DNA of 23,574 nucleotides from a virus (Duplodnaviria; Heunggongvirae; Uroviricota; Caudoviricetes): IMG/VR virus record IMGVR_UViG_3300029843_000030; one strand, 5' to 3'. Shown piece by piece: positions 8,997 to 15,874 of this stretch (position 1 is its first letter; each line of letters starts with the position of its first letter). The notes under the pieces were generated by a model. It saw only the letters and a program-made list of their open reading frames with translations, ran no database searches and was not told where the DNA came from. The position numbers and the translations under genes were made by a program.

Positions 8997-9231
8997 CCAC
9001 AAGAAAGCCCCTCCGGAGAGGGGCTGGAGAGTGGCGCTATGTGCCATTGCATGGTGCCGGGTGCCTCCCGGTGAGTTCAGCCCGGTGACACTGAACCCGC
9101 GTCATTCTCGTTTTGATAATCAGAGATTATACCGTCACCAGTCGCCCCTCCGCTCAGGGGGATTCGCCATGCGAAATTTTTTTAACAAATGCCCAGTCTG
9201 ACAGGCAACTGTCAACTTACTGAATTGTGAG
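8997..9231. repeat. Noncoding repeat unit, copy A (~235 bp)
   Basis: First ~85 bp nearly identical to copy B (aagcccctccggagaggggctggagagtggcgctatgtgccattgcatg.tgccgggtgcctcccggtgagttcag); remainder diverged but alignable. On the minus strand the GCCCCTC-TCCG-GAGGGGC hairpin is followed by TTTCTT (9001-9024). Confidence 0.7.
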
Positions 9232-9265
9232 CAACATAGCATTTAACGGGGAACCTGTTTTCTGC

Positions 9266-9296
9266 AGTAAAAAGGCCCACCGGAGCGGATGGGCCT
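9266..9296 (-). terminator. Intrinsic-terminator-like hairpin on the minus strand between the two repeat copies
   Basis: On the minus strand AGGCCCA-10 nt loop-TGGGCCT is followed by TTTTTACTG. Confidence 0.45.
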
Positions 9297-9480
9297 GGAA
9301 GGATAGCGGTCATGTGATGCCGGTTTCCCGGTAACTCAGCACCGGTATCTGAGTCAACGTTTTCTCTACTGGGTCATTTCCGATACGCCCTGCCTGCTGA
9401 CAGGCTTTCATCACATCTGAAAATATAGCACCCTGACTGATACTGTAGTACCCAAGGTTCCAGAAACTGTGATGTATCCG

Positions 9481-9716
9481 GCACAGAAAAGCCCCTCCGG
9501 AGAGGGGCTGGAGAGTGGCGCTATGTGCCATTGCATGATGCCGGGTGCCTCCCGGTGAGTTCAGTATCAGCACCTGAACCCGCACAGAAAGGATAAGGGT
9601 CGGTGACAAAACACCAGTTGCTGATTACCCCTCCGCACAGGGGGATTCACCATGCCAGTTTCTTTTAACAAACTCCCCGCAAACCAGACAACAGTCAACC
9701 GCCTGAATTGTGAGGT
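9481..9716. repeat. Noncoding repeat unit, copy B (~235 bp)
   Basis: Same conserved 85-bp module and same minus-strand hairpin plus TTTTCT (9484-9508) as copy A. Short ORFs across the copies are not conserved. Confidence 0.7.
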
Positions 9717-9749
9717 ATTTAAAAATTTCTCCAGATAACTGATACCCGG

Positions 9750-9902
9750 CTAACAGTCCGGCGTTTTCTTTTTCAGCAACGGGAAAGCAACAACCACCAC
9801 ACCCGCCACCAGCACACCGTCAGCCAGCACTGACATTATCCGGCTGCTGAAGTCCACCATCACCACCAGAAACAGCAGGAGCGCAACCACAGCCAGACGC
9901 AT
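9750..9902 (-). CDS. Possible small hydrophobic membrane peptide (50 aa, MRLAVVALLLFLVVMVDFSSRIMSVLADGVLVAGVVVVAFPLLKKKTPDC)
   Basis: Hand-found ORF below the track cut-off. Starts 9 nt downstream of the TerB-like gene stop; two hydrophobic segments. Confidence 0.35.
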   Translation of the reverse strand: MRLAVVALLLFLVVMVDFSSRIMSVLADGVLVAGVVVVAFPLLKKKTPDC

Positions 9903-9910
9903 TTTTACCG

Positions 9911-10342
9911 TCACAGATGATTCTCCAGACGAAGGCCCAGAACACCGGCAATCTCTTCCAGCACCTTGCGCTCTTCCGGCTCTATTTCGCCGTCTGCTTC
10001 GGCAATGGCCACCGCCACATCAAGCACATCTTCCGCTTCATGCGTATCGTGTTTCACATCCTCGATCTCCCGTAACGCCGCACGACGACCAATTTTAAAG
10101 TTCGTATCCAGCTGACCGATAATGGTTGCGCTAATCGCATTAATTTCTGACGTAAACGCGGACAAGGTGGGCTGGTTACGTAATACCTGTTCGATCTTCG
10201 CTTTCTCGGAAGCCTCACATTCACCATCGGCATAAGCCACCAGGTATGCGGCGTTAATCACCGCCTGGGCCAGATCGCGTTTTTCGAACTTTTTAATTTC
10301 CGCTGCCGCTCTACGGGTTTTCTTTTTGAAGATTCCAAACAT
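9911..10342 (-). CDS. TerB-like (tellurite-resistance TerB family) protein, 143 aa from internal ATG
   Basis: Two copies of the TerB-type ADG-x-E motif in helical context (AAYLVAYADGECEASEKAKIEQVL and VAVAIAEADGEIEPEERKVLEEIAGVLGL). AAGGAA Shine-Dalgarno before MFGIFKKK. Track ORF extends to 10414. Confidence 0.65.
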   Translation of the reverse strand: MFGIFKKKTRRAAAEIKKFEKRDLAQAVINAAYLVAYADGECEASEKAKIEQVLRNQPTLSAFTSEINAISATIIGQLDTNFKIGRRAALREIEDVKHDTHEAEDVLDVAVAIAEADGEIEPEERKVLEEIAGVLGLRLENHL

Positions 10343-10509
10343 CGTGACGTTCCTTTGGGTGGGTGAGCCAACGCCCGGGAGCGATCTGCCTACAGAGAAA
10401 GTCACACTGACCACTCCGTAAGCTCACCCCCGAAAGGCTCTGTGGTTGATATGCGCCGGGCGTGGCGCGGATACAAAAAAGGCCGCCAATAGCGACCTCA
10501 GTTACGGGA

Positions 10510-10740
10510 TTATTCTGGGGTTAAACGACTGTTACTCCCCCAGACAAAATCATCACTTCCTGTTCGATGCAAGCCATAGTGAACCTCGTACTTATCCCCC
10601 ATCTTTCTTGCTTCCGTTTCTGCGTCTTCCTCTGTCGCAAAAACCCCAACAAGATGCCAGGGCGAGCTTCTTACCACAGCCCAACCTTTAACCCATCCTT
10701 TGTTGTCCTTATCTTCCATTAACACTTCAGAAACAAACAT
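10510..10740 (-). CDS. Small protein of unknown function (76 aa, Trp-rich, acidic)
   Basis: Strong AAGGAGA Shine-Dalgarno with 5-6 nt spacer before ATG. MFVSEVLMEDKDNKGWVKGWAVVRSSPWHLVGVFATEEDAETEARKMGDKYEVHYG... Confidence 0.55.
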   Translation of the reverse strand: MFVSEVLMEDKDNKGWVKGWAVVRSSPWHLVGVFATEEDAETEARKMGDKYEVHYGLHRTGSDDFVWGSNSRLTPE

Positions 10741-10792
10741 ATTTATCTCCTTGTGGGTACCCAGAGATATTTTATGATTGCTCCCGGTCAGA

Positions 10793-11017
10793 TCAATAAA
10801 GTGGCTTCAATTTTGCCTTAATGATCAAATCAGGGTGATTGACGGAATCGTACACCACCTCAATATTTTCATCCGTGGCGTCGATAAGATATTCTTTTAC
10901 ATAAGGACCTGTTGATTTTCCATGAAATACATCTTCAACAAGTACACTCTCCCCCTGAACAACACGAAAACTAACTTCTGTTTCGAACGGACCAATCGTC
11001 ACCATCAGTTTTTTCAC
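10793..11017 (-). CDS. Small protein of unknown function (74 aa), paralog of 2852-3076
   Basis: AGGAGG Shine-Dalgarno 4 nt before a GTG start. MKKLMVTIGPFETEVSFRVVQGESVLVEDVFHGKSTGPYVKEYLIDATDENIEVVYDSV... Confidence 0.55.
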   Translation of the reverse strand: MKKLMVTIGPFETEVSFRVVQGESVLVEDVFHGKSTGPYVKEYLIDATDENIEVVYDSVNHPDLIIKAKLKPLY

Positions 11018-11106
11018 ATAGCCTCCTGATAAGCACTCGATTTATTAGTTAATGGTGTAACGCAGATACAAAAAAGGCCCGCAAAAGCGAGCCAGGTAAA
11101 TAAATA

Positions 11107-11183
11107 TGGCGCGTTGCACTGGATTCGAACCAGTGACCGATTGCTTAGAAGGCAATTGCTCTGTCCGGCTGAGCTAGCAACGC
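11107..11183 (-). tRNA. argO: tRNA-Arg (anticodon UCU)
   Basis: Hand-folded cloverleaf: acceptor GCGUUGC/GCAACGC, D-arm GCUC/GAGC, anticodon loop CUUCUAA, T-arm ACUGG-UUCGAAU-CCAGU, encoded CCA. Gene symbol by analogy to the 933W-type ileZ-argN-argO trio. Confidence 0.85.
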
Positions 11184-11196
11184 TGAATAACGATAA

Positions 11197-11273
11197 TGGA
11201 CCGCCATCGAGGACTCGAACCCCGCACAACCAGCTTCGAAGGCTGGCGCTCTATCCTGATGAGCTAATGGCGG
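11197..11273 (-). tRNA. argN: tRNA-Arg (anticodon UCG as read by hand; re-check)
   Basis: Acceptor CCGCCAU/AUGGCGG, anticodon stem-loop CCAGC-CUUCGAA-GCUGG, T-loop UUCGAGU, encoded CCA. Confidence 0.8.
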
Positions 11274-11280
11274 TATGTGA

Positions 11281-11356
11281 TGGTGGCCCTTGCTGGATTT
11301 GAACCAGCGACCTGGCGATTATGAGTCGCTCGCTCTCACCACTGAGCTAAAGGGCC
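11281..11356 (-). tRNA. ileZ: tRNA with CAU anticodon (Ile2/lysidine-type or Met)
   Basis: Acceptor GGCCCUU/AAGGGCC, D-arm GCUC-AGUGGUGA-GAGC, anticodon loop CUCAUAA, T-loop UUCAAAU, encoded CCA. Confidence 0.8.
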
Positions 11357-11478
11357 ATATGCGGAATAATACTTATGCCAGTTTAGCTCTGCAATACCCT
11401 ACCCTGATTAAATCCTGCATATTGGCCTACACATGATAAAAGAATCTGAGCGGTCAACAGAAAGTTACTCAGGCAATA

Positions 11479-12198
11479 TTAACGAACTCTGACGACATTA
11501 ATTTCAAAGTCATCAATCTGCCCGCTATTAAGTATAACGAATGCAGAACTCCCATTACTGTACGATTTCGATAAAACCAGACGATCATCATAGCGTGCAA
11601 GAACGTAATACCAAGTATTCTCATAGTGGATCGTCTGATATTCCCTCTTAAACTGGGGTTTATACCAACCGGCAATAAGAGAGAATGTCCAGAAATAAAT
11701 CATGAATCCAGCCATAATAAACTCAATTCGGTGATGGCGAATAAAAGACACTTCCGAAAAACATTTGACTGAAATAAGTCTTCTTCCTGACCTGACAAAA
11801 AGCGTAATTGTAAAGGCAGCAATAACACAAAAAAACAGCACATCTGGCTCAACGTGCTGATGAATTACCGAAAACTCCAGAACAGGCGGAATAAAAAACA
11901 GCAATATTGCCAGAAAAAGTCTGATAAAACTCAAATTCTGTATATTGTTTTTTTGTTTTATGCCTAAAAAGAAAACAATACCTACTCCCCATCCAGTAAG
12001 GAATATAACGATAACGCTCACAGCATAAAACAAACTTCGGGCCACATCATCAACGCCAGCCCCGACGATCCACCATGGAAAGCCATAGTAAAAGGAAGTC
12101 CCCCATCCATAGAAATAAGCGCTTCCCCATCCAAGACAGCCCATATAAGCAATAAAAAGTGAAGAGTTCCTCAGCAGAGTGCTGTCATCCATACCCAT
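11479..12198 (-). CDS. Polytopic membrane protein (about 5 TM helices plus ~55-aa soluble C-terminal domain) in an AT-rich island
   Basis: 239-aa ORF, rich in F/I/Y/W, with strikingly lower GC than flanking phage genes. Probable start at the second ATG (~12192), which has better Shine-Dalgarno spacing. Lies between the tR'-like terminator and the tRNAs. Confidence 0.6.
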   Translation of the reverse strand: MGMDDSTLLRNSSLFIAYMGCLGWGSAYFYGWGTSFYYGFPWWIVGAGVDDVARSLFYAVSVIVIFLTGWGVGIVFFLGIKQKNNIQNLSFIRLFLAILLFFIPPVLEFSVIHQHVEPDVLFFCVIAAFTITLFVRSGRRLISVKCFSEVSFIRHHRIEFIMAGFMIYFWTFSLIAGWYKPQFKREYQTIHYENTWYYVLARYDDRLVLSKSYSNGSSAFVILNSGQIDDFEINVVRVR

Positions 12199-12333
12199 CT
12201 CTCTAACAATTTTAAAACATCAACTCACCTTACATAACAAAGGAGATTCCATGCAGTCAAGAGACTTCAGAGCAGGAGAAACTCATTGCGCAATCGCCAT
12301 CACGTTTAACGTTATGCACCGCTTTCCAGATAT

Positions 12334-12357
12334 AAAAAACCCGCTCGATGGCGGGCT
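12334..12357 (-). terminator. tR'-like intrinsic terminator downstream of the Q gene
   Basis: On the minus strand a CCCGCC-loop-GCGGG hairpin is followed by TTTTTTAT. About 80-100 nt downstream of the Q stop, the expected place for the pR'/qut/tR' cassette. Confidence 0.55.
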
Positions 12358-12437
12358 GTAAAAATCCTTCTAACGTCAGGCATAAAACGCCCATCGTTAG
12401 AGCAAATTTACCACAGATTCGGGAAAAATCAACAACA

Positions 12438-13259
12438 CTATCGCGTTACCCTCTTTAACTGCCGCTCCGCCCATGCCTCTTCAATGTCAAACCGAACCAC
12501 CAACGTATCGTAAAAGCGTTTCACTGATTTTTTCCACGTATCAAGCGTGATAGCACTCGTCACTTTGCGTATGGCATTAAATGCCTCCGTTGATGGTAGT
12601 CTTTCATAGCCCCGACCGCCACAACGCTGGCAGTTCCTGATTACAGGCATACCCCGTTTTTCCGACTCTTCACGATGAATGGCAACACCACGCCCACGGC
12701 AGTCTTTACAGGCAGTGGAAATCTCCCCCTTCCCTTTACATTCAGGACAAGAAACTTTCACCACCTCCCGGATTTTTTTCCATTCTTCCCAGTAAGACGG
12801 ATACACACCTTTCGTACACTTTGCCCATACTGGCGGCTTGCCATCCGGATACTGAACCTTGTTTGTAAAAACTTCGCTTTCAATAAATTTTTCCCCTCGG
12901 CAACAGGGGCACTGCTTTTTACTCGCTGCGCTGCGGGCATAATCCTCAAAAGCATACGAAGCCATAATGCGCATCACTACCGGTTTTATTTCTGCCGGAA
13001 GTTTTCTCAACGCCGCCACACGATCGCACCGACTGAGTGCATAATCTGCCAGTAATTCTGTTGCCCGCGCCCTGTCATTCATACTGATGCCCATTTTCCC
13101 CAGGAACGCAGAAAAACCCATCTCAGCCCGATTCTGTGTCATGCCCTGCGCGGCCATCACATCAGTGATACTCAGCGCATCTTTTGACGTTGAGGCCGAT
13201 GCATCGGTCAGGACAGGGGATTTTGGGGAGTAGTATTTCGGTAAATCTTCCAGTTTCAT
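12438..13259 (-). CDS. Late-gene antiterminator Q-like protein (273 aa) with DnaJ-type CxxCxGxG zinc-finger repeats
   Basis: Last gene of the nin-like region, directly upstream of the terminator and tRNAs. Motifs CPCCRGEKF, CPECKGKGE, CKDCRGRGV, CQRCGGRGY. Family assignment rests on context and memory of QuuQ-type antiterminators. Confidence 0.65.
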   Translation of the reverse strand: MKLEDLPKYYSPKSPVLTDASASTSKDALSITDVMAAQGMTQNRAEMGFSAFLGKMGISMNDRARATELLADYALSRCDRVAALRKLPAEIKPVVMRIMASYAFEDYARSAASKKQCPCCRGEKFIESEVFTNKVQYPDGKPPVWAKCTKGVYPSYWEEWKKIREVVKVSCPECKGKGEISTACKDCRGRGVAIHREESEKRGMPVIRNCQRCGGRGYERLPSTEAFNAIRKVTSAITLDTWKKSVKRFYDTLVVRFDIEEAWAERQLKRVTR

Positions 13260-13630
13260 TTTTTGACCTGCTCTTCATGCATTATGGGGTAAATCTTCAC
13301 ACCCAGACGTCCACCAGATACTGGCTGACCACGAACGATATTGATTTCATCAAACTGCTCATCGTCCATTAACACTCCCGCATGCGTCAGCGCATCCAGC
13401 GGTGCTTTCAGGATATTGTCCAGGTCGCGACGACGCTTATCCGGTGGCTCTGCAATCACCTTTATCGCCAGCCTTCCGGACAGGCTTAATTTCAGCCGCT
13501 GCTGGCGAACAATAAGCGCCACAGCCCGGCGATAACGCTTTCCCTCCTCCGAGATAAAATATGTGCTGCCACGGCGTCGCCAGTAAGTGTTCACCGTCGG
13601 CGGGTAAGGTAAAACCAAATCTATGAGCAT
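13256..13630 (-). CDS. rusA: RusA-like Holliday junction resolvase
   Basis: 124 aa with LPYPPTVNTYWRRRGSTYF...PPDKRRRDLDNILKAPLDALTHAGVLMDDEQ, matching RusA hallmarks. Strong AGAGGTGA Shine-Dalgarno; stop overlaps the Q start. Confidence 0.85.
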   Translation of the reverse strand: MLIDLVLPYPPTVNTYWRRRGSTYFISEEGKRYRRAVALIVRQQRLKLSLSGRLAIKVIAEPPDKRRRDLDNILKAPLDALTHAGVLMDDEQFDEINIVRGQPVSGGRLGVKIYPIMHEEQVKK

Positions 13631-13642
13631 CAGTCACCTCTT

Positions 13643-14692
13643 TTACCCAAGCACGCCAGTTGCAAAGGCGTGATCAAGAAAACGAAAAATTAAATCAACC
13701 TGAGAACCATGCTTTTCTTCGAACGCCAGCGGATCCGCATGAAGCTCGTTGTGATGCTCCCGACACAGCGGTAGCGTGAAAATATCGTGAGATTTTGTCC
13801 CCATTCCGCCCTGACCATGACCAATCAGGTGATGGGGATCGTCGGCTGGCTTACCACAACACGCACACGGCTGTGTCTTCACCCAGCGTGTGTATTTCTC
13901 GTTAACCCAGCGGCGACGTTTAGGTCGCCTCATGAAAGATTCCGGAGACTCCGGATCAACGGTGATGCATACCACCGTCTTTTCCTGTGGTGGGTTCTGT
14001 TGCTGGTGGGCATGAGGCAACGGCGCAAGATTTTTTGTGCGCTGCTTCAGTATGCTGGTGGCGGTCTGCTCTCCCGGTACGATGTCGCTTTCGCGGTACA
14101 AGGAGCGGATTTTTTCCGCACGTAACCCCAGAGAACGACGTAATACTGCCTCCGGAAGCGCGTCCGCCACCTGATTGCAGACCGCCCACCAGGATAATTC
14201 AGCCAGCGACAATTCCCGCTCCTGCGTGCCATTCATTGCATGGCGTATGACGTCAATCATCCATGCTGACAGGTTTTGATGAGCAAGTTGCCCGAGTGAT
14301 TCGGATGTCTGGTCACGCAACTGGTTGTCGCAGTGCCAGCACAACACCATCGCGCCGGTACCGTAACGATGTATGACGATTTCACTGTGATGATAGTCAC
14401 CATGAGGCCACTGGCAGGATTTGACATGACGCAACAGCCAGTCAGACAGTGCCCCAGCGCCGCCAGCAGCACGAATCACCCGCTCATCGCTGAAAAATGG
14501 CAGAAATGATTTATCCTCCGCCAGCGGCTGGCGAACGGCAGGGACGACTCCGGACGGCAGACCGCGCATGCTTTTCGGTTCAGGCTCCACCAGCACTCGA
14601 GGGTTATGAAATACTTGCATGGATTCACGGCCCGGCCTAAGGACCACCAGCCCGAGTTCCGGTACCAGAACAGGTCGAAGTAATATCCGCAC
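13643..14692 (-). CDS. DUF968-like protein (YdfU-type), 349 aa
   Basis: C-terminal Cys/His-rich motif CACCGKPADDPHHLIGHGQGGMGTKSHDIFTLPLCREHHNELHAD as in the YdfU/DUF968 family (from memory). GTG start with GGAGGT Shine-Dalgarno. Confidence 0.65.
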   Translation of the reverse strand: MRILLRPVLVPELGLVVLRPGRESMQVFHNPRVLVEPEPKSMRGLPSGVVPAVRQPLAEDKSFLPFFSDERVIRAAGGAGALSDWLLRHVKSCQWPHGDYHHSEIVIHRYGTGAMVLCWHCDNQLRDQTSESLGQLAHQNLSAWMIDVIRHAMNGTQERELSLAELSWWAVCNQVADALPEAVLRRSLGLRAEKIRSLYRESDIVPGEQTATSILKQRTKNLAPLPHAHQQQNPPQEKTVVCITVDPESPESFMRRPKRRRWVNEKYTRWVKTQPCACCGKPADDPHHLIGHGQGGMGTKSHDIFTLPLCREHHNELHADPLAFEEKHGSQVDLIFRFLDHAFATGVLG

Positions 14693-14693
14693 G

Positions 14694-15026
14694 TTACCTC
14701 CAGATCCGTTGCTGGTATGTGCGGGATGGGCGCGGTGGGCGTTCGGAATAAGGAAGCCTGACGGAAATTATCCAGTGTCGTAAGTCAAGACTGAGGTCTT
14801 TCCTGACCTCGCGACCGCGCCTGCGATAACACTGAATCAGCCATTCGGCCTGTTCTTCAGTGCACGGATCATGCTGGTACCAGTCAGTTTTAAAGACGTG
14901 TGAACGCCGCCCGTACCGGATGGCAGGGTCGGCTGAGTTATCAGAATTGTGAAATTTGGTCTTGTGCGCCATCTGTTTTCTCTGCTGGCGCAGCAGGTGC
15001 CAGTTGTTCAGGCTGGCGTGCGGCAA
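14694..15026 (-). CDS. Hypothetical protein (92-110 aa; start ambiguous between TTG at 15026 and ATG at ~14972)
   Basis: Basic, Trp/Arg-rich small protein (..RYGRRSHVFKTDWYQHDPCTEEQAEWLIQCYRRRG..). No family recognised. Confidence 0.4.
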   Translation of the reverse strand: MPHASLNNWHLLRQQRKQMAHKTKFHNSDNSADPAIRYGRRSHVFKTDWYQHDPCTEEQAEWLIQCYRRRGREVRKDLSLDLRHWIISVRLPYSERPPRPSRTYQQRIWR

Positions 15027-15040
15027 TATTGTCTCTGATT

Positions 15041-15107
15041 TCTGTTGTCGTCAACAGGCAGCGTGCTATCATCGAATAGTGTTCTATCCTACTCCGTGAG
15101 GTTTACC
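15041..15107 (+). promoter_or_regulatory. Putative promoter and palindromic operator for the ParD/ParE-like operon
   Basis: TTGTCG -35-like, 16-nt spacer, TATCAT -10-like; palindrome CTGTTG-TCGT-CAACAG overlaps the -35; GTGAGG Shine-Dalgarno before the antitoxin ATG. Confidence 0.4.
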
Positions 15108-15365
15108 ATGCGTACAACCCAACAATTCAGCATTACATTAACTAACGAGATGGCTGACATGGTGCGCGCCCGTGTGGCTTCCGGTGCCTATGCTTCAGAA
15201 AGCGAGGTCATTCGTGAAGGGCTTCGCGCACTGAATGAGCGCGATAAAGCAATCGAAGCGTGGTTAACGCATTCAGCCGCCCCCTCTCTTGATTCTATCC
15301 GCGAAAATCCAAACAACGGACGCTCCATTTCACAGGTTCGCGCCGCGATTCGATCCGGGAAGTAA
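15108..15365 (+). CDS. ParD/CopG-type RHH antitoxin (85 aa from internal ATG)
   Basis: MRTTQQFSITLTNEMADMVRARVASGAYASESEVIREGLRALNERDKAIEAWL: RHH fold pattern typical of ParD antitoxins. Immediately upstream of the toxin gene. Confidence 0.75.
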   Translation: MRTTQQFSITLTNEMADMVRARVASGAYASESEVIREGLRALNERDKAIEAWLTHSAAPSLDSIRENPNNGRSISQVRAAIRSGK

Positions 15366-15370
15366 TCTGC

Positions 15371-15670
15371 ATGACATATGAAGTCATCATTACTCCTGAG
15401 GCCGAACAACAAATAATCAACCTGCACAGATATATAACGGAGAAAGCAGGAAGCGTCATTGCTGACAATTATGCCAATGCGCTTCTTGATTATCTTGATG
15501 GGTTTTCTACATTCCCGCATCGGGGCAATAAACGCGATGATATTCGCCAGGGGATGCGGGTAACTCATTTCCGCCACAGAACGATTATTGCTTTTGCCGT
15601 TGATGGCAGAAAAGTCTTTATTGTCGGTATCTATCATGGTGGGCAAAGTTATGAAACCGATTTCTTATAA
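15371..15670 (+). CDS. ParE/RelE-superfamily toxin (99 aa)
   Basis: Starts 5 nt after the antitoxin stop. C-terminal RVTHFRHRTIIAFAVDGRKVFIVGIYHGGQSY resembles the ParE core. Confidence 0.75.
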   Translation: MTYEVIITPEAEQQIINLHRYITEKAGSVIADNYANALLDYLDGFSTFPHRGNKRDDIRQGMRVTHFRHRTIIAFAVDGRKVFIVGIYHGGQSYETDFL

Positions 15671-15753
15671 ACTTTTACCCACATCATTCCGGTGTTAGAA
15701 TAAACCGTCCGCCCCCTCTCTTACTGGCGGATTCGTAGGCTATATAAATCAAA

Positions 15754-15788
15754 GATCCCGGCTCATGTTTGTGCCGGGATCTTTTTTC
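15754..15788. terminator. Intrinsic terminator between convergent genes, possibly bidirectional
   Basis: 8-bp stem GATCCCGG/CCGGGATC with 11-nt loop followed by TTTTTT on the plus strand; on the minus strand the same hairpin is followed by TTTGATTTAT. Confidence 0.6.
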
Positions 15789-15874
15789 GGCGATTTATCC
15801 CCAGCGGCAAATCGAATACACCACCAGCGCCACAGCCATTGCGATTCCTGCCGTTGTAAATGCCTCAGGCCAGG

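Noticed and set aside
8890-9609. Track ORFs 8890-9201 (+) and 9310-9609 (-) across the repeat region
   Set aside because: They run through terminator-like hairpins, and their peptides are not conserved between the two repeat copies; the region is treated as noncoding. Only a 33-aa tail (about 9310-9408) remains a remote possibility.
8997-9716. CRISPR array as an explanation for the repeats
   Set aside because: Only two copies, each ~235 bp and internally structured; no short regular repeat-spacer periodicity and no cas genes.
9750-11100. Shiga toxin genes stxA/stxB in the slot after the tRNAs
   Set aside because: ORFs there are 74, 76, 143 and 50 aa with no signal peptides and no resemblance to the ~319-aa A subunit or the signal-peptide-bearing B subunit.
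13787-14472. Several plus- and minus-strand ORFs inside the DUF968 gene
   Set aside because: All overlap the 349-aa DUF968-like frame, which carries a coherent Cys/His motif; they are alternative-frame shadows.
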